A stretch of DNA of 63,393 nucleotides, counting the filler, from Lenisia limosa (taxonomy: Eukaryota; Protista; Breviatea), in NCBI GenBank assembly GCA_001655205.1. It is 12 parts of 12 records of this genome, joined end to end, with 100 filler letters (N's around TTAATTAATTAA, not from the genome) between each part and the next. Parts side by side here need not be neighbours in the genome. Positions count along the whole stretch, not along the records: positions 44,742 to 47,565 come from LPNZ01007606.1; positions 47,666 to 49,663 come from LPNZ01005278.1; positions 49,764 to 53,931 come from LPNZ01010537.1; positions 54,032 to 58,051 come from LPNZ01010513.1; positions 58,152 to 62,160 come from LPNZ01007639.1; 7 more parts are not named here. The stretch is one strand, 5' to 3'. Shown here piece by piece: positions 46,681 through 58,639 of this stretch; position 1 is the stretch's first letter, and each line of letters opens with the position of its first letter. A program made the position numbers and the translations under genes. Below the pieces are notes generated by a model that was not told the DNA's origin, did not search any database, and saw only the letters and a list, made by a program, of their open reading frames with translations.

Positions 46681-47500
46681 ACCTTCCAAAACAAAGCCTC
46701 CCTTTATGTTCCAAAGTAGCTGCCGAGGCATGAGAATTGCAAGATAGGAGACTTACGGCATAGTGCGTATATTTGAGTGACTAAAAACTCCGCAATCGCA
46801 ACACGCATCTCGCTGTTCGCGAGCTCGTTAATCATAACGAATCTAAGGCTGGAAAATCGCACAAACTGCTTAAAGTAGTTGTACATCTACCGAAATTTGA
46901 TAATACCTAGATACTAATATCAATGGTTGTGACACAAACAATCGTGGTCTTTGAACAGGTCATATGCTGAAGCATTCACTTCTTGGTGTGCTGTGCGACA
47001 AGACCTGGCAAAGAACCAGTAGTCCTGTTCGAGAAAGAGGCAAGCGAGATGCTTGAACGACAATGCCCCGATGAAGAGGGTTTTATAGTTTTAAAAAAGA
47101 TAAACCTTTCAACTTACAATACGTTCATCGCGAGGTAGTTAGTGTAGAGCACAGACATTGTTGTCCAGAAGTAGGATTCTGTCTGGCCAGGACATGCCGA
47201 AGAGAATATCATCAGATTTCGGGTAAAGAGCCCAATTACCATGCAGTGAATAGCTTCTACCCCTGCGCACAGAAATAACCTCCTTGACAAAACTCTGGTA
47301 AATTTCGAATACCACTACAGTCAGCTTCACAAGCACTTGTACAAATACAAACAAACTGGTCGGCATCAAAAGGTGGAATAACCAGAAGCTTCACAATTGC
47401 AGCGATCCAATTCACCACTTCCATTACCTTATCGTTTATTTGCCTTACAAGCATGGAGCCCCTACTGTCAGCATTTTTATAAGTAATCTTCATAACTCGT
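46612..47500 (-). CDS. Hypothetical multi-exon gene, 3' part
   Basis: GT-AG exons VMEVVNWIAAIVKLLVIPPFD, SYSLHGNWALYPKSDDILFGMSWPDRILLLD, DYWFFARSCRTAHQEV and ATLEHKGGFVLEGL...VEAIL*. Confidence 0.35.
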
Positions 47501-47533
47501 AGTACTCCATGAATTTACCAACCCCTCCCCTTA

Positions 47534-47565
47534 CGCTGGAGTGATGGGATGCGGTGCTGCAGAAG
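47534..47565 (+). repeat. Family B 5' end at contig end
   Basis: CGCTGGAGTGATGGGATGCGGTGCTGCAGAAG followed by a linker. Confidence 0.8.
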
Positions 47566-47665
47566 NNNNNNNNNNNNNNNNNNNNNNNNNNNNNNNNNNN
47601 NNNNNNNNNTTAATTAATTAANNNNNNNNNNNNNNNNNNNNNNNNNNNNNNNNNNNNNNNNNNNN

Positions 47666-47850
47666 AAATATCGATAGTTTTCGAGGATTTTTATCCAGAA
47701 ATGCAGTCTTTTTTCGAACCAAAGTGAAGCCCTAGGTATATGAATAATGAATAATGTATGCTGGGGAGGCACGCAGAAAGCTGTGCACACAGATCTGTAA
47801 GTACGGCTTTGGCCAGATACAACCTTATTTTTTATTTCTCATTGCTATAT
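47666..47850. mobile_element. Adjacent family A end (to about 47735) and family D copy (47756-47850)
   Basis: TTCGAACCAAAGTGAAGCCCTA, then GTATGCTGGGGAGGCACGCAG...CTCATTGCTATAT. AATAATGAAT flanks the D copy on both sides. Confidence 0.8.
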
Positions 47851-48424
47851 AAATAATGAATGCTAGTATCATATTATGACATACTTGATCCAAAATGTTG
47901 AGAGGGGGTCCAAATCGTATTATCTAAACTTATATTTAGGATATTGGGGGGTCCATGTTTCAATATCCTGTTATAATGTTTCATAGCTTCTGGGCTCTGT
48001 ATTTCTTATCCCCAACCTAAAACATGGTACGCAGTAATCACCCTAGATCCCTCCGTATTACCAGCCCTACCCTGGCCACTTAGGTTTTGTCCCCGTGGAC
48101 CCAAGACAGGTAGGTGTCAAGTGGAAAGGTTTTCAATGGAGCTTCATTTTTGATTCTTAAAAAGACTGAATTCTCGAGAAATCCCCGATAATTTTAGACG
48201 TCTTTTGGAACCGAAAGGGAAGCTCTAGTTTTCATTAAGGGTGAACCAATTGTTGCTGCATTGATAATAAATAACATAATTCGAGGTATTAATTTGGATA
48301 AACTGTCCAATAGTCTTAATATCGAGAATTTACTTGGAGCCATTGAAGCCTAAGTTCTTGGTTGATCTTTCACTACTCTCTTATTAATTGTTCTCCTTTT
48401 CCAGCTCTTTTCACATTTTGTTGT

Positions 48425-48494
48425 TATCAACTCTCATTTGTTGTTAGCCAACAGGGCTTTTTTGTTTTATAAATTTTCCAATTATACCTTGCAG
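48425..48494 (+). repeat. Family B 3' part ending in AG
   Basis: AGCCAACAGGGCTTTTTTGTTTTATAAATTTTCCAATTATACCTTGCAG. Confidence 0.7.
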
Positions 48495-48629
48495 TCAACA
48501 TTGATGTTGGCTGGTGGAGGGGAAGCAATGTTTTAAAATCGCATTCAACACGAGAGTTACCCTGTCTCGTTATTTTGACACCACAGTTTTTTTGATAGTA
48601 CATGCATAAATATACATATATCTGTCCTT

Positions 48630-49223
48630 CAGCAATAGAAAGCCATAACAGGACAATTAAAAGTAATAACCTCCTCAAAGGCGTAAGGCGCCTCGACTAT
48701 GGGAAATAAATCGTCAGAAGAGGGGTGGGCTGGTCGCGAATGCAGTGAAGTGACCAGGGTCAAACACAGACAAGGACAAGAGCTCCATGTCCGTCCTCCG
48801 AAGTAAAGAACACGGGGAACACAACAAAAACAACAACAACATAAAAACAATCGGCCCACAAGATGACTGGGGTCTTTTCGACGTGAGATGACCCAAGCTT
48901 TTCTGTTCTTCTGCAGTGGAACACTATCTGATGAGTATGATAACCATCACAGAGCCAAAACACTTCAAAGTATTGTTTAACTCAAAAACAAACCCCCAAT
49001 AGCCCAATATGAGCATCAACAACTTCCTCAGGTTTAGAAAAGCATCGTTCTTACACATCTTTTTTGGAAAACGAACCCATCTATCAAGAATCCGAAATTT
49101 CTCGATGGCATCATTTGATGGAGTACCACGAAGCATGTTGTCCTCGAGGGGCTGCATGTCCACAGCGGCCAAAGCTTCAACAAGGGGCAAGTTCAGATTA
49201 ACTTTTTGAAGGGTTTCCTTCAC
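48630..49223 (-). CDS. Hypothetical gene
   Basis: Open frame LPLVEALAAVDMQPLEDNMLRGTPSNDAIEKFRILDR followed by a GTGGG donor and further small exons. No family recognised. Confidence 0.3.
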
Positions 49224-49974
49224 ACAGCGAGTTACGTTATTATCACACAGCTAAAGACTATCAGACATGTAATAATAAGGATCAATCAATATTAGAAGAC
49301 CGAAAAGCAAACGAGAAAAGGTTAACAAGTTATCTTGTACATGGTTCTGCTCTTGATTCTAGTTTTCAGCTCCTTTCAGCATGTTTGTCACTCCCTCTCC
49401 CATTGTTTTCATGGGTTTTCACTTTGTTCTAAAAATGATACATTGTTTTTGATATTTGCTGAATATTTATCGAAATTCAGTTTTTTTTGCTCCCAAGTTT
49501 GTTCTTCCCTTCATTCCGAAAAAGGAATGAGGTTCTCAAAAAATCTTGGATAATTATCGACATTGTCTTGTTTTACCATATGATGTTAAGCATATCCTAT
49601 ATATATATAGGTGGGGGGACATGACCGTGTCCAGGGACATGACCGTGTCCACTTTTTTTTATTNNNNNNNNNNNNNNNNNNNNNNNNNNNNNNNNNNNNN
49701 NNNNNNNTTAATTAATTAANNNNNNNNNNNNNNNNNNNNNNNNNNNNNNNNNNNNNNNNNNNNGGGGGGGGGGGTCAGCGAAATAAGATGGACAGCAGTA
49801 ATTATGGCAAGATCTGTGGGGCTTCACTCTGTCCCAAAAATATCGGTAAAACACCGGTAAAATATCTATATTTAATGCTTTTTTGGTAACGAAGTGAAGC
49901 CCTTAGTTGTAAAAGACCGTTTATTAAAGATATCATATTCACATTAATTTGTCTGATTCAGCCAAAAAGGGGTC

Positions 49975-52900
49975 AGAACAAACATTTTGAGTGGCCGCCG
50001 CGGCCGCAAGCAGCTTGGAGACAGTGCTGCCGGAGGTAGGCAGTAGGTCGCACACAACCATCCAGAGCCCTGACCTTAGGGCTCGGCGACATGTCTGGAG
50101 GACAGTGGCTGGGGGGTTAGGNNNNNNNNNNNNNNNNNNNNNNNNNNNNNNNNNNNNNNNNNNNNNNNNNNNNNNNNNNNNNNNNNNNNNNNNNNNNNNN
50201 NNNNNNNNNNNNNNNNNNNNNNNNNNNNNNNNNNNNNNNNNNNNNNNNNNNNNNNNNNNNNNNNNNNNNNNNNNNNNNNNNNNNNNNNNNNNNNNNNNNN
50301 NNNNNNNNNNNNAGTTTTAAGCAACTGGCCGCCATAATCCAGCCTATTTAGTTCCAAAACGAGACCCCCATAATCGTCGACCCACTTCGTTGTCAGCGGC
50401 ATAGGCGGCTCTAGAAGCCATGATGGCGGAATACGCGTCAGAAGCAGGGCCTGTTGGTATTGGTAAGAGGGGTATTTACGAACGGGTGATTGGTGAAATA
50501 CTAAAGAGCTATCCTGTGGACACTGCTAAAGAATACGTATCACAACNNNNNNNNNNNNNNNNNNNNNNNNNNNNNNNNNNNNNNNNNNNNNNNNNNNNNN
50601 NNNNNNNNNNNNNNNNNNNNNNNNNNNNNNNNNNNNNNNNNNNNNNNNNNNNNNNNNNNNNNNNNNNNNNNNNNNNNNNNNNNNNNNNNNNNNNNNNNNN
50701 NNNNNNNNNNNNNNNNNNNNNNNNNNNNNNNGGTGAATAGTAACATGCGAAAAACAGCAGAAGTCTGTATTCAGAAAAGGCTCTGGTATTTTTTTGTATC
50801 CCTGAAGTGTCTTGATGTATATTAGTACTTACCAAAAAAAAAAAACAAAAAAAAAAAAGAATAGACAAAGAAAAAAGAAAGAAAGTGGAGCCTACGTTTT
50901 TGAGAATTTCCGCCAAGNNNNNNNNNNNNNNNNNNNNNNNNNNNNNNNNNNNNNNNNNNNNNNNNNNNNNNNNNNNNNNNNNNNNNNNNTTTCCGCCAAG
51001 TTCCAGTTGGGGACCTGGGGGGTGCAGTCCAGGGCGTTGTAGGCAACCAACTCTCCGAAATAACGGTCCGGCCTGTCCGTGTTAGGAGTGCGTTAAAATC
51101 GGACAATTAGTCTGAGTTTGGTTTCTGAAATATGGCAAAATCTTCAGGATGATCACCTCAAGGCTTTAACCAGCAGCAGGAAGCGTTCGGCACTGATGCT
51201 TCGCCAATCAGAGGGCAGGTCGGTTTTGAGGGCCTTTTCGCTCTCGTACCACTCGCGCCAAGGCTCTACGCTAGGTTAGTACCAAGACGTTGCAATCAAA
51301 TATCAGGCAACCTCCAGTAACAGCATGTTACGAAATCTAATTCCGAAAAGAGTACTATCATTAAGATTTGCTTGTGATATTGTTTTAAAAGAAATTGGAA
51401 AAGAGGCACAAAAGGCCTACGGGGCTCAGAGATGATGTCGCTTGGAAGGTCCTCGAATGGATCCAACTCGGAAAGAACCTGCGATGTCATGCCACAATAA
51501 TACTCGGAGATGTAACGTCCTTCGAAGGGGGATGGGGGGGATCCAAAGGGCAAAAAAAAAACAAGTACTATAAGACGACATGGGGAAGAGGGACTTGACC
51601 AAGGTGATGTAAGCTGTTCAGCCATCGCTCTGATCCCAAAAATGAAGAAGCCTAGATCAACGCACCATTGTGGCCGCCCATCTGTCAGGCGGCATCCAGT
51701 CTCTCAGCTCAACCCCTGGGTCCTCGTTCTATAAAGTCAGACTGGTCGTTGCTGGTTTGTTTCAGTGTTTCACCAAACTCTTTATTAGAATAATACAAAT
51801 AATAAAAGAACAGATCTCCCTCAAAAGTAGAATATTGTAACCTGGGGCAACATTTCAATCTCATACCTCTCATACCGGGAACATTCCAACCCCTCTCATA
51901 CCGGGAACAAGGTGTCGTGGAAGAGAGCCGAAATAACGTCTTCGTCTCCTTCAACTCCCGTCTACCAATGTCAGTGATGCGGTCTGAGAATTCCAATGTC
52001 TCCATTATGACTCGATAAATGCCAATGTCTCCATAGATAAATTCGATATTTTCACGGTCTTTTTTGGATGAGGAACACTATCGCGTCTTTATCGTTATAT
52101 TCAGCCCACCTTGAGGGAGAGGAAGGACGCGAAAGCTGGGCGGTGGGGCGACATGAGACCCTGAGAAATCCATCTGAAGGGTCATAATCCGATATATAGA
52201 GGGGGAACGTCAAGGAGGCGACACAAACTAGAAAATGGAGTAATAATTGCAGTCATACTGGAAAAGGGCGTCACGAATGGACTTGGCACAAAGTTTCGAA
52301 ACTGCGATGACCGTTGCCGATGCCTCGTCAAACACTTCCCTAATGCGTAAGTAGAGAATATTGCTCAATATTGGGGGAAAGAAGCAAACCTCCAAACAAG
52401 AAGGTTAATGGAATGAGGTACTTTCTTCCAGCACCCCATAATGCGACCCCGAACGTTGTTGAGGCGACCCCCCCCCCACTCCGACTCGAACGTTGTTGAT
52501 GCTTGGAAGCCTGATCTCTGGGTGGTCGGAGGCGAGCCCTCGGATGTCTACGAGGTCAATGAAACAGTAATACCATGCATGGAGCATTGGGTGATAATAG
52601 CACTGAATAAGACCTGTATTAGCCTGGAATGTTTAGTAGACGTATTGTCAATTGACCCGCAGAGCAAAGTCAGAAAAGTACCCGAATACTTGGTCATTGA
52701 AGGGTATGCTTCGAACACTCTGCGACAACAAACTAGGTCTACTCGGCGAATGTTCTAGAAGATTAGGTGCATAATGTCCAATGAAGATTAGGTGCATATT
52801 GGGGCAACACAGTTTGAAGCTTAATAATATTGTATCTTGCTGGAGCTCAAAGGAGGTTTTATACCAACGACGGGACCCACCTGGTCGGGGCACTTCAGAG

Positions 52901-53900
52901 ACACATTCGTCATCGGGCGGCGTTTCCGCATCCACGTCCTCGGGAGGTAAAATTGGAAAATTTCTGAAACAAAAAAAAGCCCCAAATCAACTCTGTTGGC
53001 TGAATGCGGAATGAGAATGGATAATCGCAGCTCGTGCCTGATTGAAAGATGCCAAATACATATGATATATGTATATATAAAAACTCTGATCAAATAGGCC
53101 ATTTTGATTTTTAATATTTGCAGGAATCTAGTCAGTGTTGGGAAAGTAGATGAAATAATCATTGAAATCTAAAAGTGCGCGGCCTACAATTGCGTTGTCG
53201 CCATCAAGATCATCTGGATCAGATCGAAGCGGCCCATCGGAACCTTCAGAAGCCTGGGAGGTGCCGGCATTGGGTTCATTGACGAGTGGCTCGGAGGGAG
53301 AGCTGTCAATATCATCATTCTCCGGGTCGGATACCTGAATGCCGTTATTAGTTATTTTGTAGAGTACACTGCATGATGTAGTGGTGGATACACAGGATAA
53401 CTGAAGGTTCGAAATGAGCTCATAATACAAAGTCCAGGATTCCCGCCGTATGAAAGTTCAGCATACTGGTTGTGACCGTTCCTCTGAGTGCAGCGACGTG
53501 TCATCTGCATGGTGAGTTTGGATGTAACGTACACCACAATCCCGAAGGAGCTTACTGGTCATTGGTCGGTGGGTATGTAGCGGAGGAGGGGAGGGGAACT
53601 CGAATTGTCCAAGAACGTCTTTGATCACCCCGAGCATTTCGCTGGTTGAGAACTGCGGACCATTAGACAGCAACAAAAAAAAAAAAAATAATAAAAAAAA
53701 TCTGAGAAAAAGAAAAATACACAGAACTATAGATCAACACAAGTACCCTCAAATCTCACTGTGTAGAGGGTAATCCAATTCGCTCACCTTATACGAAGAC
53801 GAGAGCTTCGGAAGGAGAGGCAGCGAGTCGGCGATGAAGGCCACTGCTCCGGTCACTTCGAAGTACAATGAACGCCGTCGGTCAATTTGGGGCTAAACCA
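49975..53900 (-). CDS. Divergent dynein heavy chain-like gene, C-terminal region (stalk return to AAA5/AAA6), partial
   Basis: WREWYESEKALKTDLPSDWRSISAERFLLLVKALR|PDRY (dynein W..wy...P...W....F..Lll.r.lRPDR), LSELDPFEDLPSDII, and RALRSGLWMVV (cf. G.Wv.LqN). Confidence 0.6.
52939..53000 (-). repeat. Family B 3' part ending at an acceptor of the dynein-like gene
   Basis: The sense strand reads CAGCCAACAGAGTTGATTTGGGGC-T-run-GTTTCAGAAATTTTCCAATTTACCTCCCGAG|GACG. Confidence 0.75.
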
Positions 53901-54031
53901 ATAAGCAAAAACGGCAAACAATGGTAGGAAANNNNNNNNNNNNNNNNNNNNNNNNNNNNNNNNNNNNNNNNNNNNTTAATTAATTAANNNNNNNNNNNNN
54001 NNNNNNNNNNNNNNNNNNNNNNNNNNNNNNN

Positions 54032-57000
54032 GCCGAGCATTAACCAGAATAGCTTCGCCTCCCCGCTGCTGGTGATGATTTGCCCCACCCCCACCCTGGT
54101 GTCTATGATTCCGAGTTTACGTGTGTACTTAACACCACAATTACTAGTGTAGTATGTGGGGATTTGAAGACCATTGATTGTGTCAAGATGGTTATCTCAT
54201 ACACTGACAATAACGCACTTTTTCTTCTTAGCCTTACTCTCCAGGAAGGGAACCTTACTTTTGTCGTTTCTGAGCTCGAAATGATGACCGGATACTGGGG
54301 ATACCCAGAAAACGGCCTTTATTTGACCTCTTCTTCTATTGGCCGAATTGTTGATGGCAACCCAGCTTCTAGAGCCACACATGGTTCGTGGATTCATAGT
54401 GTGACATCAAGGCATGTAATATGATATGGTTAGGAAATTATTTTTACCTGTCTTATCAAACAAGGCTTTTCTCACCTTCGCTCATGTTTTTTTATTGAAC
54501 TTTCATTATCTAGGCTTACTCATGGATCCACCAATCCATCTTGTTGCCGACTCAATCTCCACAACGGTGTACTACGCAGGTGTCCATGTCATCCCCACTA
54601 TTGATGGGTTTAGGTGGGTGTTTTTTTTTTAAAAAAATAAGGCCATAATTTCAACAAAATTATTTAAAACAAAGTGTCAATATCTGTGGGATTTATACAG
54701 TTTTGGGAAGAAAGAATAGAAATACGGAAAGAATAATGCTTATAAAAGAGAGACTTTAAAGGTTTTGGCAAATCATCTGAATCTAAGATGACTGTATTCT
54801 CAATAGTTATCAACATACTCTTCAGTTTTACCAAGTGTCTAAGACGGTTTCAGTTCTTTTTTTTAACATTTTCAGCGTTGAAGTCGGAAATGCAGATATC
54901 GCCTTCAGGTGGGTTTCCTCTATATTTCCATTTGATAATATGACAAAGATTATACGATGTGTTCTTCTCACTATTTTAGCGATTTCATAGTCATTGAAGG
55001 AACCCTTCAACATATTCAGGTAAACAGGCTACAATTGAAAACACAATGGTTTTTTATTCCACTGGTTATTGAGGTTTTGCAACTGATAACGTGTTGTTAG
55101 TACAAAACATTGATTTTGAAACATGTTTTGTGTCTTGTATGAAAGTTAAGAGATGGATTATTTTATTTCTCTGTTGAAACCTATCACTTCCTTTCTTCTT
55201 CGACTATGATAGTGTAAGGATATTGAGATCGGTATACCAACCCTTCATGGAGCCCTATTGTGTATTGATTGAAGAAACATATATAGAGCCTAGTTTAGGA
55301 GAATAACCTGGGATGAGGAGGGTGGGCTCAAAAATATTTCAAAAGAGGAATTGTTATTCATATTTTTTGTTAAATCTCAGATGAACTGAAATTAGTCTCT
55401 TAACATATTTACGATATTACAATTGTGAATTATGTAATCTGTTGTTGCTATCATTGTTTACATCCCTCTTACCTGAAATCTGCTGCATTTAAGACTATTT
55501 TTATCCTTGGCTCATCTTCACATGGTTTTTTTTGCCTCCTTTTTCACCTTTGTGATTTGATGCTTATTCGCCACCTTAGTCCGTCATCCCCACTCTGCGT
55601 ATTCGTAATCCAACTCGCGCTGCCGGCAGTGCCACTCTCAAGTTCGACTTCAGCATCAAGGGCTCTACAGGTCCGGGAGGGGGGGGGATTGAGGGCTCTG
55701 CTGATGGTGGTGATGGATATTATTATCAAAGTACCTTTGAAATAGTGTTTAGTTTCGAGAAGAACTGAGATGAGATAAAACCTCGTCTCACCAATGTAGA
55801 TGTGGTGCCCGAGGGCGATTGGCTGAATTTCGAAGTACTTGTCATTGATAACGGCGATCCTGCAACCCTCCTTGTTGTATGCTAGGGATCTGGTTTACTC
55901 AGTCATTCTATGCACTACTTATCCTGGTTGGAGAGATTTTTGAGGATCTATCCTATCGATGATTGGGAAATTGATTCGATTCAACCTCGAATTAAAAATG
56001 ACATTTGACTCTATTTAGACCTCTGACGTGCCCACCATTATGGATTACCCTGAGCCACTCTCGGTTTCTTTCATTGAGGTTTGTAGGGGAGATAGACAAA
56101 ACAGATCCCTTGTGATATTGCTATTCTGTCGCTTTTCGCCCTGATTGAGTTAGTGTCTTGTTTCAAATTCCGATATATCGCGGAGTTTCTTGATTTCATT
56201 CACTAAAGAATATCCGTCCTGCTCTTACGCACCCCAGGTTGACGTTAACGCTGCTTTCGAGGTGGTGGTCGAGATTGAGGCTTCTTTCGCTAACGTCGAT
56301 ACGTCGGCCTGTCTCTTCAATCACATGGACATGGGCAACGGCAAGAGTTCCGTCAATGTAGGAAAGGGAATGCATGGAAGATATTTGCTTTGATGTTGCG
56401 CAAAATTAATAGTACCAACTTTTTTATTTATTTAATGTGCCCACCAAGCCACAACCACCAACTCCATCTCGAAACAGTTTTCATGTTTCTAACCAACTAG
56501 ATGACGGAAAATACCTCGCTCTCCTGCGTGAAGTTAACTTTGACTGAAGGTTTGTTGGTTGAATGCTACTATAATTTCAAGGCTTGTTACAACAGTTATT
56601 CATTTCTGTTATTTCCCTAACCTGTGTTTTTTTTCTATGTATACATAGTAATTTCATGCTACAGAGGCCGTTTACGCTGCATCTAATCCGGACGTTTCAC
56701 TGACTCTCTTTAATGAAACCGGCAAGGTCATGCGCTTGTTCTTCACTTTCAGCAACGTTGCATCCCCTCCTGCACTTTCGGTTTGATTTTGAATTTTTTC
56801 TGTTCAAGTAGAATGATGTTAGTGGAGAAGTATAAAATAGTATTACTTTTTACTCGGGTTTTCTTTAGTTTTGTCTTCTATTCTCCTTTATCTACTTTAT
56901 TTTCCTTCAATAGATTGGATATATTGGAGTTTGTGTAAATACTTATTTCTTCCATAATACATATTTTTTACCTTCCCCAGCTCGCCGACATCACCCCGAC

Positions 57001-57950
57001 CCACCTTTCTTCCAAACCTGTGGCTTTATCGTTCTTCAGTTTATCCCTCAATAGCTTCAGGTATTACAGGGTTTTCTGGGTGTGTGATTGATACTGACTA
57101 GGCTCCATGGTTTTATCCCTCTCGACATTATTCTTCGTCACCTTACCGCTTACTCCTCCTTCTCATCCTCCCTTTCTTTCCCAATTGGCATTTAGGCTGG
57201 ATTCTAGTTCAATCTATGACCTATAGGTTGATTCAAATGAAGGGTTTTATTGACATGCGTTGACAAGGTATAATTTCAAATTACAACTTGTCTGGACTCG
57301 TAAAGAATTCCTCTCAGGTTAGTGGATTAACGGAAGCGTTTATCTATCCCCAAGGCGTCCAATCCTGTGCTGCAAAGGGGGTGGTGGGTGGGTGAAATTT
57401 CTTGTTTCAAATTTAAGGGGAATTCAATTATTTTCTTAACTTTTATAGCAAGTGAACTGAACCCGTTCTGTTTGTTATCCGAGTTATCAATGTTCTATTG
57501 ATCCGAATTCAACCGCCCAATTAAATTGGTCCGCTAAGTTATTTATTCTGAACACCCATCCCCATGGGTGATGTTCCAGTAGGTTTCCCGTTCCTTCTAA
57601 CCCTCCAGATTGGTCTTTNNNNNNNNNNNNNNNNNNNNNNNNNNNNNNNNNNNNNNNNNNNNNNNNNNNNNNNNNNNNNNNNNNNNNNNNNNNNNNNNNN
57701 NNNNNNNNNNNNNNNNNNNNNNNNNNNNNNNNNNNNNNNNNNNNCTAAAAATATCAGTTCTCCCCCCTTTTTTTCTGTAGTTTAATTTTTCTTTATCTTC
57801 GAGAGTTATTTAAATAGAGCCATCTCTTGATTTCTTTTTAATTTCCTACAGCTCCGTTGAAGTTACCTTCAACTACACAAATGGGGTCATGAAGCCTTGG
57901 TCGTGCCCCTTCAAAAACGTTGTTCATGTCAACAGTGGGTCAGTGTCATC
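54032..57950 (+). CDS. Large extracellular beta-sandwich protein (PKD/cadherin-like), partial
   Basis: Exons DVVPEGDWLNFEVLVIDNGDPATL (cadherin-like V.V.D.G.P), VDVNAAFEVVVEIEASFANVDTSACLFNHMDMGNGKS (PKD-like) and EGNLTFVVSELE. Confidence 0.4.
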
Positions 57951-58639
57951 TTGTACAGAGCTTGTAGTTACACACTCGAAACTCGCTTACCTTAAATTAA
58001 TAGTGGACGTTGAGGATCATTTAGAACACACAATCTTAACAATACAGATACNNNNNNNNNNNNNNNNNNNNNNNNNNNNNNNNNNNNNNNNNNNNTTAAT
58101 TAATTAANNNNNNNNNNNNNNNNNNNNNNNNNNNNNNNNNNNNNNNNNNNNAAAAAGACTGAATGTCTCGATGAATCCTCTTAAACTATCGATATTTTTC
58201 CGAGTTTTTTCGAACCGAAGAGAAGGCTTTTCTTATTAAGGATTGCTATATGAAAGTGGGGGCGGGGTCAAGAAAGCATGATGATGTGGACGGCTTCGCC
58301 ACCCTGTTTGATTTTTTATCTCTACTGATAATATCTGAAATTTGAATAATTCCTTTCAGAAAACTTCAAGGCAAGAAATTTACCCTGCCTCTCTAANNNN
58401 NNNNNNNNNNNNNNNNNNNNNNNNNNNNNNNNNNNNNNNNNNNNNNNNNNNNNNNNNNNNNNNNNNNNNNNNNNNNNNNNNNNNNNNAAGTCTTGACCGA
58501 TTTTCCTTGGGAAGTCATGAGCAAATCGGTCAAGACTTATCCCGGTCACTGTATATATTGTTCCAAAACCTGGTTCGGTCAAAAGACAGAAAGACCTCTT
58601 GCGTACACCTGCGCATCGACCTGGGATTCTCTTATTTTA

